Origin: Methanoregula sp.
GTDB taxonomy: Archaea; Halobacteriota; Methanomicrobia; Methanomicrobiales; Methanospirillaceae
NCBI GenBank assembly: GCA_039698055.1
Contig: JBDKTL010000017.1
Coordinates: forward strand, 1-64,000
DNA length: 64,000 bases
Direction: 5' to 3'
The notes below the pieces were generated by a model. The model was not told where the DNA came from and did no database searches. It saw nothing but the letters and a program-made list of their open reading frames with translations. Shown here one piece after another: positions 10,570 through 21,183 of the stretch. The position numbers were made by a program, and so were the translations under genes. How positions within the stretch are numbered: position 1 is the first letter of the stretch; every line of letters starts with the position of its first letter.

Positions 10570-11034
10570 ATGCGTGTCTTCACGCTGCTGATGCTGGTAC
10601 TTCTCACAGGATGCATCGCAGCTCCGGTAATGGCTGCAAATGATGATCGCTATAGTTACATTACCGTTGAAGAAATCAACGTCCGGCTCGATAATGCAAC
10701 GGCAGTCATTGATGTCAATTATACCGTTGACGAAGGCACACGTTTTATCTTTTTTTTACTGGGAAAGCAGGACCTGAAAAACAAACTTGTAACCATCCTC
10801 AATTACGATCATGTGGAAACGGTGAATATTGACCTTTCGCACGCCAAGTTTGTTGTCAGTGACGCATCGTTCTCCTATGGCAAAGGGATCTACTGGTATC
10901 CTGCCCATACGTTCAATGTGGTTATTCCCCGGTTGTCCGTTCAGTCCCCTCAACTGACACAGGACTTTGCCAATACCAACCGGTTCCCGGATGGACTGGG
11001 CTACTTTGAACCTCAGCCCCTGCCTGCGCAGTAA
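10570..11034 (+). CDS. secreted hypothetical protein
   Basis: Hydrophobic signal peptide after ATG 10570. Confidence 0.7.
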   Translation: MRVFTLLMLVLLTGCIAAPVMAANDDRYSYITVEEINVRLDNATAVIDVNYTVDEGTRFIFFLLGKQDLKNKLVTILNYDHVETVNIDLSHAKFVVSDASFSYGKGIYWYPAHTFNVVIPRLSVQSPQLTQDFANTNRFPDGLGYFEPQPLPAQ

Positions 11035-11350
11035 TGCGAAGTCTGGCATAATGTTGGCAGTTTTTCACGATATTTTTGGTGTTTACCTTTTTTTTATTTG
11101 ACCATCCATGATATTTTTCTCTCACATTTTTAATAATGATTTTTCTCAAATGTAGTGCAATTTCATTTCATACTTCCCCGTAAAAATGCAACTCCTTTTG
11201 GGGGCAACGCGGCTGTTCGTACCATAGGCATGAGTCAGCGTGGCTGGCGATAACCAAAATTTACTATATAAAAATAACAAAAGGCAAAATAATTTTGTTC
11301 CCGGGAACGCTCAAACAATAACAAGAAATCTTTTCCCGGATGATACCGGG

Positions 11351-12484
11351 TCAGATAATTTCGATGATTGCCTGTTTGCGCTGTTCGGCAATCTTTTTTG
11401 TGACGATATACTGGATAATGACCCCGGCAATTGCCGACGCAAGGCCCGATACCGTAGAATACAGAATCTCAGTTCCTGTTGTGGCGGCAGATAACGGGAA
11501 GTCAGGAATCCCGCTCACGGACAGGATATAGACGCTTGCGCCGTACAGGATAAGTCCGATCGCGACGACAAAGAAGGGAAATACAATGACTTTCCTTAAG
11601 TTGTCCCACTCGTTGATATAAACATCAATGATGATGCCGACCGAAGTAACCAGTCCTGCGGTGATCAGCCACCAGATCGCCCCGTAGATGAAGGTCATCA
11701 GGTACGGGACGATACCCATACCTGCATCGGATGAGTAATACCGGAGCACGGTGATGAAACCGCTGGTGAAACCGATGATGACAAGAAGGATAGTCGTGGC
11801 ATAGGTAATAAAGGAAAATCTTCCCCGTGACAAGGATAAACGCAGGGCTGCAATGATACCGTGGACCAGTTCGTCAAACCCGAATCCTTTGTACAACAGG
11901 TACATGCCGATTACCCCGACCACAATGATCGTCGCAGTTCCCGGGTATCCCACAAGGAATGCAGTGGCGTAGAGCAGCATGGCAAGCCCGAGTGGGACTA
12001 ATACGATCCGGGAAATTTTTGGATCGTCAAGGAGTTTTTTCAGGATGTAATAGGTGCCTTCGAGATTGGGCATCTGGTTGACAATCACCCTGCGGATGCT
12101 TGACACCGGAAGCCGGGATTGGATGATGGGGATAACGTATTCGTCTTCGGCACCGTCAGAGACAAGGATACAGTTGTCCGGCCTTGTTTCCTTGATGACC
12201 TGCTCAAGGTGCGTTGCAATACGCCGGTCACCTTCAATCATGTGGAGATGATTTCCCGAAATGACCGAAACGATGGCTTCTTCGCCCTTTGCAATAAGTT
12301 CATCGTAGATTTTGATGGCCTGAAAAATGGCGTTGACATCAGAGTCTTCAGGATCTGCAAGCGCTAATGTTTCTGCTGCTTTCAGGCAGGCTTCCCTGCC
12401 GACGACCGGGCTTTCTACGTGTGCTTTCCAGCCAATATCGTCATCGCGATCAACGCTGAGAACGAGAGTTCTCCCCTGTGTCAT
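11351..12484 (-). CDS. DUF373 family membrane protein
   Basis: LVLSVDRDDDIG, DPEDSDVN, SDGAEDE, multiple TM segments. Confidence 0.88.
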   Translation of the reverse strand: MTQGRTLVLSVDRDDDIGWKAHVESPVVGREACLKAAETLALADPEDSDVNAIFQAIKIYDELIAKGEEAIVSVISGNHLHMIEGDRRIATHLEQVIKETRPDNCILVSDGAEDEYVIPIIQSRLPVSSIRRVIVNQMPNLEGTYYILKKLLDDPKISRIVLVPLGLAMLLYATAFLVGYPGTATIIVVGVIGMYLLYKGFGFDELVHGIIAALRLSLSRGRFSFITYATTILLVIIGFTSGFITVLRYYSSDAGMGIVPYLMTFIYGAIWWLITAGLVTSVGIIIDVYINEWDNLRKVIVFPFFVVAIGLILYGASVYILSVSGIPDFPLSAATTGTEILYSTVSGLASAIAGVIIQYIVTKKIAEQRKQAIIEII

Positions 12485-12555
12485 TGGTATATGTAAATCG
12501 TTTTAAATCTATTAAATTATTGCTGGCGTCAAGAAAAAATTGATTAAAAAAAAGA

Positions 12556-13416
12556 TTAGATGAGTTTTGAGCGCTGGAGGAGTAATATATCGTCGGTGGT
12601 GAGTTTTTCCCCTGCACGGAAATTCTTGAAGAGATGTTCAGCTTCCTGCCGCACCGCTTTCTGCTCTTTTGTGACTTTGACTTTCTTTGTCTTCTTACGC
12701 AGGCCGGAGATGACTTTATCGTAATCGCGCAGTTCTTTCTGGCATGCGATGAATGATTTGTGTTCTGAATCCGCAGATTCCTGGGACTCGACAAAACTCT
12801 TATGTGCTGCGTCAGCGGCTTCGCGGGATTTGTCTGCTTTCCGGTAGGATTCCACCATCAGGTCGTGATGTTTTTGTGCAAGTTCTGCGACCTCGGTGAC
12901 CTTTGCATGAAGATCAGATGCACCCTTGCGGTAATCACGCGCTTCGGTGATTTTTGTGTGCATCTCCTTGTTCTGCTCAAGTTCAGTTTCCTGCTCTTTT
13001 ACCTGGGATCGCATCTGCTTGATCTTCTCGATAAGCTCGCGTTCTTTGTCGGTGGTAAAGACTTCAGTCTGCTGGCGGTACTCCATGAATTCGATCTGTT
13101 TCTGGAGTTCCTTGATCCCCCGGTTCTTGAGCGATCCGTGTTCTTTTTTGAACGCTTCAATTTCTTCGAAAAAAGCATTCGCCTTGTCGTTAAGATCGTT
13201 GCGCTGCGCTTTGAGATCGAGGACTTCCTGGTTGTACTTGTCCCGGAGATCCTTGTTTTTCTGCGCCTCTTCAACAAACTCGCGGGTCTGGTTGTTGAGC
13301 GTGTTGCGCTCCCTGGCAGCTTTACTTGCAGCAGCGTTAAGATCGTTTCTGCTGTTTTTATGCTGTTCAGATTCGGCGAGTATCTTCTTTCTCTTTTCCA
13401 TCAGGTCATTCAACAT
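12556..13416 (-). CDS. archaeal coiled-coil protein (COG1340-like)
   Basis: Charged heptad pattern, EYRQQT, GEKLTTDDILLLQ; adjacent to DUF373. Confidence 0.85.
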   Translation of the reverse strand: MLNDLMEKRKKILAESEQHKNSRNDLNAAASKAARERNTLNNQTREFVEEAQKNKDLRDKYNQEVLDLKAQRNDLNDKANAFFEEIEAFKKEHGSLKNRGIKELQKQIEFMEYRQQTEVFTTDKERELIEKIKQMRSQVKEQETELEQNKEMHTKITEARDYRKGASDLHAKVTEVAELAQKHHDLMVESYRKADKSREAADAAHKSFVESQESADSEHKSFIACQKELRDYDKVISGLRKKTKKVKVTKEQKAVRQEAEHLFKNFRAGEKLTTDDILLLQRSKLI

Positions 13417-13745
13417 GCGTTACGACTCCTCAAAAGTATTCCCTGCGGGGATCGGCGAGCTCCATGGAGAGAAAACTGGAATACCGGAGAATAATTTCCC
13501 GGCTCTTTTAATTCTCTTACATGGCAGCACTGCATGCAGGATGCAGGACAAAAAACATCAGAAAAGGAACGTTGCGAATAATTCAGGCAAGACTTCGGTT
13601 GAAAGTCTTTGTTCGACACGCGGTTCATGATGTTCAACTCCCGATACCGGGTGAAACCCGGTAAAAGGGATCACCCACATTCTCCCTGCAAAGGTTTGGT
13701 CGAATGTACTATATTTTAAAGGAGGGATGTGTTATTAAGCATTTC
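13417..13745 (-). promoter_or_regulatory. promoter plus long structured 5' leader (candidate cis-regulatory RNA)
   Basis: Sense-strand AAATGCTTAATAA at ~13743-13732; hairpins TACCGGGT-TTC-ACCCGGTA and AAGACTT-N7-AAGTCTT; TTCGAC/GTCGAA long-range pair. Confidence 0.45.
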
Positions 13746-13915
13746 GCCGTTATTTCAGGTGAAGACGAATCGGGAAACCTGAAATAAATCCAATTTATCC
13801 TTAAAAGAGATCTTTTTTTTAAAAAAGGGGCGTTGGCAGGATGTGCCACCGCCCATTTTCTGACGTTTCGGGAGATCAACATTAATTCTGGAACGTTTTT
13901 TTTAAATGTGCGTGA

Positions 13916-15082
13916 TTAACCGACCCATTCCAGGGTGCCGCCGCCGCTGGTCTGATCCCGTGCTGGTGCACGCCGGCTCTGGGGCATCTCGACTGCTTTT
14001 GGATTTGATCTCTTGTTGTCGATGTCCTGGATCATGGTCTTGTAGGACTGGCGGGTGCCAAGGATCTGTGCGCTCTTGACACCGGTCATGATTGCGAGCA
14101 CACGGATTTTGCCTTCCATGTCGCTTCGGACACGTGCGCCCCAGATAACATCTGCATGTGGGTCAAGTTCGTACGTCAGGGACGTTGCGACTTCTTCTGC
14201 GTCCTGTAATGTCAGGTCTGTACCACCGGTGATGTGGATCAGGCTTCCGGTTGCGCCACGGTAGTCGATGTCGAGCATCGGGTTGGAAAGGCATTCACGA
14301 ACAACGCTTTCGGCTTTGTTCTGCTGCTTGCTTTCACCAACGAGCATGACAGCGACGCCACCCTTGGACATGATTGCCCGGACATCTGCGTAGTCGATGT
14401 TGATGAGTGACGGTTCGGTGATGGTCTCTGAAATACCCTTGACGGTCTCACCGATCAGCTGGTCCATGACCGAGAATGCCTGGCCGAGCGGGAGGTTGGG
14501 CACGAAGCTTTTCAGCCGGTTGTTATCAAGGACAATGACCGAGTCTGCGGCAGCAGCGAGGGCTTCGAGTCCTTCTTCTGCACGGATAAGGCGGGCCTTT
14601 TCAACCTGGAACGGGTAACTGACCATTCCGACGACAATTGCTCCCTGTTCCTTTGCAATGGCTGCAACGACCGGGGCTGAGCCGGTACCGGTTCCTCCAC
14701 CCATACCTGCTGTGATGAAAACCAGGTCGGCTGATTCCAGGACCGCTTCAAGAGTCGGGCGAGCCATTTCGGCTGCACGCTTACCGACATCCGGATACCC
14801 GCCTGCACCCAGGCCTTTGGTTAAGGATTTTCCAATCAGGATGCGCTTGTCGGCCTGGATCATATCCAGGTGCTGTTTGTCCGTGTTGATTGCAATGGTC
14901 TCGGCACCGGATACACCCATGTGGTGAATCCTGTTTACGGTGTTGTTTCCTGCACCCCCGCAACCGATGATCACAATTCTTGGCTGACCGACAAAATCAT
15001 CTTCCGGTCCATCAGAGCTGGGTTTATTCAGCTCTTTTTCTAATTCGGCGTTTTTCAACGCATCGTTAATAATACTCTGCAT
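13916..15082 (-). CDS. ftsZ: cell division protein FtsZ (FtsZ2 by context)
   Basis: [24 protein letters not shown]; preceded by an RHH gene. Confidence 0.97.
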   Translation of the reverse strand: MQSIINDALKNAELEKELNKPSSDGPEDDFVGQPRIVIIGCGGAGNNTVNRIHHMGVSGAETIAINTDKQHLDMIQADKRILIGKSLTKGLGAGGYPDVGKRAAEMARPTLEAVLESADLVFITAGMGGGTGTGSAPVVAAIAKEQGAIVVGMVSYPFQVEKARLIRAEEGLEALAAAADSVIVLDNNRLKSFVPNLPLGQAFSVMDQLIGETVKGISETITEPSLINIDYADVRAIMSKGGVAVMLVGESKQQNKAESVVRECLSNPMLDIDYRGATGSLIHITGGTDLTLQDAEEVATSLTYELDPHADVIWGARVRSDMEGKIRVLAIMTGVKSAQILGTRQSYKTMIQDIDNKRSNPKAVEMPQSRRAPARDQTSGGGTLEWVG

Positions 15083-15092
15083 ATCTACCCTC

Positions 15093-15272
15093 TCATACCT
15101 TGAATGAAACCTGGTCGCTCTCTTTTAAGACACGGCTTGCACGTTTTTCAACAAGATCACGGACGGCGGCCCTGACCGCTTCGGAAACATTGGGATATTC
15201 CCCTGCGTCAACCATCTGCTGGAGCAGGTTGATTTGTTGTTCGGGGAGCCGGAGCGTGATTCTCTGCATCAT
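15093..15272 (-). CDS. cdrS: ribbon-helix-helix regulator CdrS (59 aa, not in ORF track)
   Basis: [40 protein letters not shown]; cdrS-ftsZ2 linkage is established in Euryarchaeota. Confidence 0.88.
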   Translation of the reverse strand: MMQRITLRLPEQQINLLQQMVDAGEYPNVSEAVRAAVRDLVEKRASRVLKESDQVSFKV

Positions 15273-15286
15273 CGTATCTCACATTT

Positions 15287-15346
15287 CTGACATATGTCAG
15301 CCTTTTGTCAGGCATATGTCAGACAAGGAGAACTCTCATGTCTGAC
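15287..15346. promoter_or_regulatory. TGTCAG/CTGACA operator-like array
   Basis: Perfect palindrome CTGACATATGTCAG 15287-15300, TGTCAG at 15306 and 15317, TGTCTGAC at 15339. Confidence 0.55.
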
Positions 15347-15469
15347 TTAACCAGATAAACCAAAATGATACATTAATGCATATAAACTTTCTCATTTGAT
15401 TTTGTCCCACCACTCCAAACGAATTTATGAGTTCCCGTTCCAGTATTCTGGTAAAAAGCGGTATTTTGC

Positions 15470-16468
15470 ATGTCTTTTGAGTTCCCGAAACGTATTGTCC
15501 ATGGCGGGGCCGGCAAGCGGTTGCAGGAAAAAACCCACAAACACGTGCTGGATTTCAGCGCGAGCGTGAATCCTCTCCCCCCCCGTTTTTCGTGGGATTG
15601 CAATTCTTTGGATCTTTTGTGTTATCCTGATGACGATTACACGCGCCTTAAGGAAAGGATCGCACAAACGTTTGGGAAAAAACCCGAAGAGATCTGTGTT
15701 GGCAACGGGTCCGTTGAACTGATACGGGCTTTTTGCCGGGTTATGCTCACGGACAAAAAAAAATATTTTCTCTCTTCCCCAACGTTTGGGGAATATGATT
15801 TGTCAGCCCGGCTTGCAGGAGCTTTTATCTCTGCGTCATCCGACACTGCGGATGTCTGTTTTGTCTGCAACCCGAATAATCCCACGGGCATCCTGCAGCC
15901 AAAGAACGAACTTCTTTACCAGCTGGAACGATGTGCACACAACGGGAGTACGCTTTTTTGCGATGAAGCGTTTATCGAGTTGTCCGATCCAAACGAGAGT
16001 CTTGCAGATATTTCAAATCCCCATCTCTTTGTCCTGCGATCTCTCACAAAGAGTTTCTCGGTCCCGGGCATCCGTTTTGGATACGGTTTTGGATCACCGG
16101 ATCTCATTGAAAAAATTGAGACCGCACGAGACCCGTGGAGTGTGAATGCCTTTGCAGAATCCTATGCGATGGAAGCATTTCTTCATGTTGACGAACTGGC
16201 CGCTTCCCGTGACTATATCGCAAAGGAGCGCGACTGGCTGGTTAAAGAACTTGCCGGCAGGGAATTTTATCCCAACCCGTCATCCACAAATTTCATTCTG
16301 GTGGACTGCAAACGTGACGTACAATCCCTTGTGCAGGGACTCCTTCATGAGGGCATTCTTGTCCGGGACTGCACGTCGTTTGGATTGCCGCACTGCATCC
16401 GAATAGCAGTGCGGCTCCACGCCGAAAACCAGCAGCTGGTGGAGGCACTGGACCGATGCGTGCGCTGA
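15470..16468 (+). CDS. threonine-phosphate decarboxylase CobD / HisC-like PLP enzyme
   Basis: DFSASVNP, CNPNNPTG, DEAF, RSLTK..PGIRFG; overlaps the cobY-like gene. Confidence 0.85.
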   Translation: MSFEFPKRIVHGGAGKRLQEKTHKHVLDFSASVNPLPPRFSWDCNSLDLLCYPDDDYTRLKERIAQTFGKKPEEICVGNGSVELIRAFCRVMLTDKKKYFLSSPTFGEYDLSARLAGAFISASSDTADVCFVCNPNNPTGILQPKNELLYQLERCAHNGSTLFCDEAFIELSDPNESLADISNPHLFVLRSLTKSFSVPGIRFGYGFGSPDLIEKIETARDPWSVNAFAESYAMEAFLHVDELAASRDYIAKERDWLVKELAGREFYPNPSSTNFILVDCKRDVQSLVQGLLHEGILVRDCTSFGLPHCIRIAVRLHAENQQLVEALDRCVR

Positions 16469-17055
16469 TCATGGCCGGTGGTGCTGGCACCAGGCTTGGC
16501 CTTGGTGAAAAACCGCTGATCTCCCTGTGCAACAGACCCATGATCAGCTACGTGATCGATGCATTTTGCGCGTGCGGCTGCGAAGTGGTTGTTGCGGTTT
16601 CGCCAAGAACACCGATGACCCGGAACTGGTGCCGGGCAAACGGGATTGACCATTTCTGTGCGGCCGGTGCCAATTTTATTCTGGATATGGAAGAAGCCGT
16701 GTCCGGCCTTGACGAGACCCGGCCGCTCTTTGTCAGTGTATCCGATATTCCCTGTATCAATGCAGAACTTCTTTTCCGTATCCAAAAGGAATACCTCCAA
16801 TCCGGGATGGACGCCTGTTCTGTCTGGGTGCCGGTCGACCTTGTGCAGTTCTACCGGGGGGGCGTCACGTACCGGCAGACTATTCATGATACCGATGCCT
16901 GTCCGGCCGGTGTGAATATCCTGCGGGGCGACCGCATCGGTGAGCAACAGGAGGAACTCCAGCTGGTTATACCGGATCTCCGTCTTGCCATCAACGTGAA
17001 TACTCCTGCCGATCACGATGCAGCCGGGCGATTCCTGGAGCAGCATTCCGGATAA
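16456..17055 (+). CDS. cobY: adenosylcobinamide-phosphate guanylyltransferase CobY-like
   Basis: MAGGAGTRL..EKPL, PAGVNI, INVNT. Confidence 0.8.
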   Translation: MRALIMAGGAGTRLGLGEKPLISLCNRPMISYVIDAFCACGCEVVVAVSPRTPMTRNWCRANGIDHFCAAGANFILDMEEAVSGLDETRPLFVSVSDIPCINAELLFRIQKEYLQSGMDACSVWVPVDLVQFYRGGVTYRQTIHDTDACPAGVNILRGDRIGEQQEELQLVIPDLRLAINVNTPADHDAAGRFLEQHSG

Positions 17056-17208
17056 TTATTGCCCGGATACTAAAAAGTGCCACCGGCAACATTTTTTTTC
17101 GTATTGCCGGATAATTTGACGTGATTCATGTCGATTCTGTAAAAAAACGCTCAAATTAAGCATATAACAGAATGAATATTAAGGTGCGCCACCCTATATT
17201 TTAGTATT

Positions 17209-18444
17209 ATGGTGGAGTCGCAGGAGATCGAGCTGCAGGGTCATATTATTGATTCCGGCATTATGACCCAGCTTTTCGATAAAGTCATGGATATGGGTGG
17301 AAATTTTGAAATCCTCGTCTTTGATATCGGCAAGAAAAAGACGGACCCCAGTTATGCCCGACTCCGGATTGTTGCGTCCAGCAAAGAAAAAATGCGTGCA
17401 ATTCTTTCCGAACTCCACCGGATCGGAGCCCGCCCGCTCGAAGTAAAAGATGTTCATCTCGAACCGGCATTGGGGGATCGCAATATTCCCAAGCGGTTTT
17501 ACACGACCACGAACCACCCGACCAAAGTCAAATATGGTGAAGACTGGATCCCGGTCGAACCGACAAAGATGGACTTTTTGATCGTTGTGGATCCAAAAAA
17601 CAAGACTGCACGGTGCACCGCCCCGGCGAAGATAAAAAAGGGCGATCTGGTCGTTGTCGGCGAACAGGGTGTGAATGTCGCGTATCCGGAACGCCCACGG
17701 ATGAGCAGTACGTTCGAGTTTATGCACGGCACGGTTTCTTCGGAACGCCCCAGCGAGACCCTGATTGCCCAGATCGCAGCAGAGATCCTCGAAGTCCACA
17801 AAAAGGGCGGGAAGATTGCCCTTGTCGGCGGTCCTGCAATCATCCATACCGGGGCAGACAAAGCGCTTGCAGAAATGATCCGCAAAGGATACATCGATGT
17901 TCTTTTTGCCGGCAATGCGCTCGCCACGCACGATATTGAATACAACCTGTACGGCACATCGCTTGGCATGGACATATCGACGGGAAAACCGGTGATGGGG
18001 GGCCACCGCCACCATCTCTATGCAATCAGCGAGATCATGCGGGCCGGTTCGATAAAAAATGCCGTTGACAAGGGCGTGATAACCGGTGGGATCATGTACG
18101 AATGCGTGAAAAACAATGTGCCGTTTGTCCTGGCCGGTTCAATACGGGACGACGGTCCCCTTCCCGATGTGATCACAGACGCGATGGAAGCCCAGGAGGC
18201 GATGCGCAGGCATATTGACGGGTGCAGCATGGTGCTCATGATTGCAACCCTCCTGCACTCTGTCGCTGTCGGCAATTTCCTCCCCTCCAACGTAAAGACG
18301 ATCTGCGTTGATATCAACCCCGCCTCCTTAACAAAACTCATGGACCGGGGAACAATGCAGGCGCTCGGCGTCGTTTCCGATGCAGGTACCTTCATGCCGA
18401 TGCTTGCCCGGCAACTGGAAATCCAGAGCACGGCAAAAAAGTAA
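17209..18444 (+). CDS. TIGR00300 family (LOR/SDH-like, ornithine cyclodeaminase-type) protein
   Basis: GHIIDSG, FYTTTNHPT, FEFM..VSSE, GNALATHDIE, LAGSIRDDGPLP, KLMDRG. Confidence 0.88.
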   Translation: MVESQEIELQGHIIDSGIMTQLFDKVMDMGGNFEILVFDIGKKKTDPSYARLRIVASSKEKMRAILSELHRIGARPLEVKDVHLEPALGDRNIPKRFYTTTNHPTKVKYGEDWIPVEPTKMDFLIVVDPKNKTARCTAPAKIKKGDLVVVGEQGVNVAYPERPRMSSTFEFMHGTVSSERPSETLIAQIAAEILEVHKKGGKIALVGGPAIIHTGADKALAEMIRKGYIDVLFAGNALATHDIEYNLYGTSLGMDISTGKPVMGGHRHHLYAISEIMRAGSIKNAVDKGVITGGIMYECVKNNVPFVLAGSIRDDGPLPDVITDAMEAQEAMRRHIDGCSMVLMIATLLHSVAVGNFLPSNVKTICVDINPASLTKLMDRGTMQALGVVSDAGTFMPMLARQLEIQSTAKK

Positions 18445-18528
18445 TTTTTTTAATGGATTTTTTTTAATGGCGCTGGGTGAGAGACCCGTAAATTTTGGAA
18501 ACCAGTATCAATCATTGGTTCTTAATTT

Positions 18529-19512
18529 TTATCGGGTGAGCGGCATACAGAATGGCTGCTCGGATGAAAGAACGTATTCCCATTCCGCTTTGCAGGAACA
18601 ATCGGTTTTGAGGAGTGCCGTTAACAGTTCCCGGTCCGCATTCAGGGTATATTCCCGGATTCCTTTCACGAGATCGTAATCGCATTTCCCGCAGTTATGC
18701 GGCCCCCTCTTCTGCCCGCCGCCAAGAGGATCGCAGGAAACATGGACCGGTGCGTCCTTTAATAATGACAGGACGCTCCAGAGATAGGGTGGCCGGTACG
18801 CCCCGCGTTTCCAGTAAAACTCAAGTTCGGTTTTTTTCTGCACCGTGCAGGGATTCATGGAAATAATTTCTGCATGGTGTGCGGCAGTCGCAATCGACGT
18901 CTTCATATCCGCGTAGGCTTCACCTTCCGTGAGAAAAAGCGGTTTGAAGAGCAGGTACGCCTTGACCCCGGCCCCGGCCTTGTGGGCAACGGATGCCGCA
19001 CGGGCAAAATCGGAAAATGCAAACCCCTTGTCAATGCACTTTTCGCGGATTGCATCGTTGGTGGTTTCAAGGCCAATCGCACAGTAGAGCGGCGTGGCAT
19101 GACTGCCGTCATCAAGTTCCGCAATGAACTCGCTAAGTACGTCCGCGTCGATATATTCCGGGCGGGTCTCGGCGACGATGACTGAACCGTGGAACGCGTG
19201 GGCAACCTCCGAAAGGAACGCAGTTGGCACTTCCTGCGGATCGAAAAAACTACCTGACGTAAAAATTTTTACCATCGGGAACTTTTCATCATACTCCCTG
19301 CAGACCCACTTCAGCTGGTTATGAAGGTGGCCAAGGAGAGCATCGCCGGACATACGCTCATAGCGTTCGTGACGGTAACTGCACATGCGGCACCGCGACC
19401 ACGAGCACCCCCCGGTTTTAAAAATAATAGTGAGACAATCAACAAGAGCACCCTCATGCCGCTCTTTTCCGCGCCAGCTTGCCAGCGGTTTTTCAAATTC
19501 ATCAGAAATCAT
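18529..19512 (-). CDS. archaeosine biosynthesis radical SAM protein RaSEA
   Basis: TGGCSWSRCRMCSY, KIFTSGSFFD, ETRPEY, YRPPYLWS, RGPHNCGKCD; start re-assigned to 19512. Confidence 0.88.
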   Translation of the reverse strand: MISDEFEKPLASWRGKERHEGALVDCLTIIFKTGGCSWSRCRMCSYRHERYERMSGDALLGHLHNQLKWVCREYDEKFPMVKIFTSGSFFDPQEVPTAFLSEVAHAFHGSVIVAETRPEYIDADVLSEFIAELDDGSHATPLYCAIGLETTNDAIREKCIDKGFAFSDFARAASVAHKAGAGVKAYLLFKPLFLTEGEAYADMKTSIATAAHHAEIISMNPCTVQKKTELEFYWKRGAYRPPYLWSVLSLLKDAPVHVSCDPLGGGQKRGPHNCGKCDYDLVKGIREYTLNADRELLTALLKTDCSCKAEWEYVLSSEQPFCMPLTR

Positions 19513-19542
19513 TAACAACCCCATAGTTGATCTTGAATATAG

Positions 19543-20622
19543 ATGAATAAGCTCGTCCTGCTGGTGATGGGACTCCTCTTTTGTACCGGAAATGTATCTG
19601 CTTACCAGGTTGTTATCCAGGCACCTGATACCCTGACTGTAGGGGAACCGCTCCTCGTCTCCGGGACAACGACGTTTGGGATTGGAACCCCGATCGATGT
19701 CGTTCTTTCCTACCAGCTGACCACGAGCACGGAAGTCTCGCGGAAGATCGCGTATGTCATGTCCGACAAGACGTTCCGCGTAGTCTTTGACACGACCGAT
19801 CTCAAGAAAGGGGTGTACAAGGTCGAAGTCCCGACAAACGGGATGGGGGATTCGGTAACGATGAGACTGGTGAATCTCGTTGACCGGTCTGATGAAATTC
19901 ACCTGTCCTCCCAGACGACGCAGAGTTTTAACGGGAAATTATACGTTACCGGAACGCTGTCTACCGACGCCAGTTCCGGTGTGCAGATTGAAGTGATCGG
20001 GCCGGATGGTTCCCACATCTTCGGCCCCATGTACATCAATACCAATTACCAGGGATCGTTTAGTGCGGACATCCCCATTACCCAGTCCGGTGACTATGAA
20101 GTTAGTTTTACCGACGCACAGGGGTATGTCGGGAAACGGATCATAACTGTTATCAGCACCGATGCCACGATTGCACCACCGACTGCTGCAACAACGGCCG
20201 GTGTTCATTCAGCCCATGTAAAAGCATCGCGTGACAACCCGGCCTATTTTGTTGTCCGGCCGGGAACCGGATCATTCAAGGTGTATACCTCGTCCTCGAT
20301 TGACTGGGTGATAGAATATGTCGATACTGCCAGTGTTCTGCACATGATCAACGATCATGGCGAACTGAACCCGGAGGAGATTATGGTAAAAAGCAACGGA
20401 AAGGCCGTGTATTTTAAAATATATCCGTATAAATATTCGGTCACGGGCGAGGTGTTCCTCTATGCCGAGAATGTAAATTCAGTATCTGTCAGCCCGACCG
20501 TCCCGGCGGTGTTTGGGACCATGTCCCAGATTCCGGCAGAAACACCCGCATCGCCGGTTTCACCTGTGCTGTGTCTTTTTGCGGCGGGAATTATTGGTGT
20601 GCTCTCTCATCTCCGGAAATAA
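19543..20622 (+). CDS. secreted Ig-like surface protein with C-terminal membrane anchor
   Basis: Signal peptide, beta-rich body, P/T linker, TM plus LRK tail. Confidence 0.8.
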   Translation: MNKLVLLVMGLLFCTGNVSAYQVVIQAPDTLTVGEPLLVSGTTTFGIGTPIDVVLSYQLTTSTEVSRKIAYVMSDKTFRVVFDTTDLKKGVYKVEVPTNGMGDSVTMRLVNLVDRSDEIHLSSQTTQSFNGKLYVTGTLSTDASSGVQIEVIGPDGSHIFGPMYINTNYQGSFSADIPITQSGDYEVSFTDAQGYVGKRIITVISTDATIAPPTAATTAGVHSAHVKASRDNPAYFVVRPGTGSFKVYTSSSIDWVIEYVDTASVLHMINDHGELNPEEIMVKSNGKAVYFKIYPYKYSVTGEVFLYAENVNSVSVSPTVPAVFGTMSQIPAETPASPVSPVLCLFAAGIIGVLSHLRK

Positions 20623-20735
20623 TGCCGTTCATCAATCCATCAGCACGTCTAGTGGAGCCCCGTTTGTCTGTGGGATCTTAACGGATCTATTCTAGAAGCA
20701 TTTTTTATATCTCCCGACCAACAGATAGAGCACGT

Positions 20736-20819
20736 GCCGGGGTAGTCTAGTCCGGTAAGGCGGTGGCCTTGAAAGCCACTGGTGCCTGCACCTCAAGAGT
20801 TCAAATCTCTTCCCCGGCG
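20736..20819 (+). tRNA. tRNA-Ser(UGA)
   Basis: Acceptor stem GCCGGGG/CCCCGGC, anticodon arm GTGGC-CTTGAAA-GCCAC, long variable arm, GTTCAAATC; upstream TTTATAT box. Confidence 0.95.
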
Positions 20820-20958
20820 TTTCCTGTTCTGATTGCAGAATTATACCCTTTAATTTCGTCTGTTTCCTTTCGTTCTTTTTACCGGCAGTATCAATATCAC
20901 TGTTTTTATGTGTTAAGAACGCTTACAGTTTTATTCAGACAAGAGAGTGAATTTATCG

Positions 20959-21183
20959 ATGTGCGTAGCCATTCCTGCAGAAGTGCTTGAGATCAAAGAA
21001 GGTAATATCGGGGTTGTCGATTACGGCGAACTCAAACAGGAAGTCCGGCTTGATCTTGTGGATGTAAAAGTCGGGGAATATGTTCTTGTTCATGTCGGGT
21101 TTGCGATCCAGAAACTTACCCGGGAAGAAGGTCTTGAAACCCTGGAAATCTTCAAACAGGTCTACGCTGCGATGGAGGAGTGA
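20959..21183 (+). CDS. hypC: hydrogenase maturation chaperone HypC
   Basis: MCVAIP N-terminus, VLVHVGFAI. Confidence 0.95.
   Translation: MCVAIPAEVLEIKEGNIGVVDYGELKQEVRLDLVDVKVGEYVLVHVGFAIQKLTREEGLETLEIFKQVYAAMEE

Noticed and set aside
12802-13630. Two long plus-strand ORFs (230 and 227 aa)
   Set aside because: Antisense shadows of the coiled-coil gene
13417-13720. RNase P RNA, SRP RNA or the 75-aa upstream ORF
   Set aside because: Signature RNase P and SRP motifs not found; the ORF has no protein-like features
19513-19902. N-terminal extension of the 457-aa ORF 18529..19902
   Set aside because: It is the antisense shadow of 19543-20622; RaSEA similarity starts at MISDEFEKPLASW
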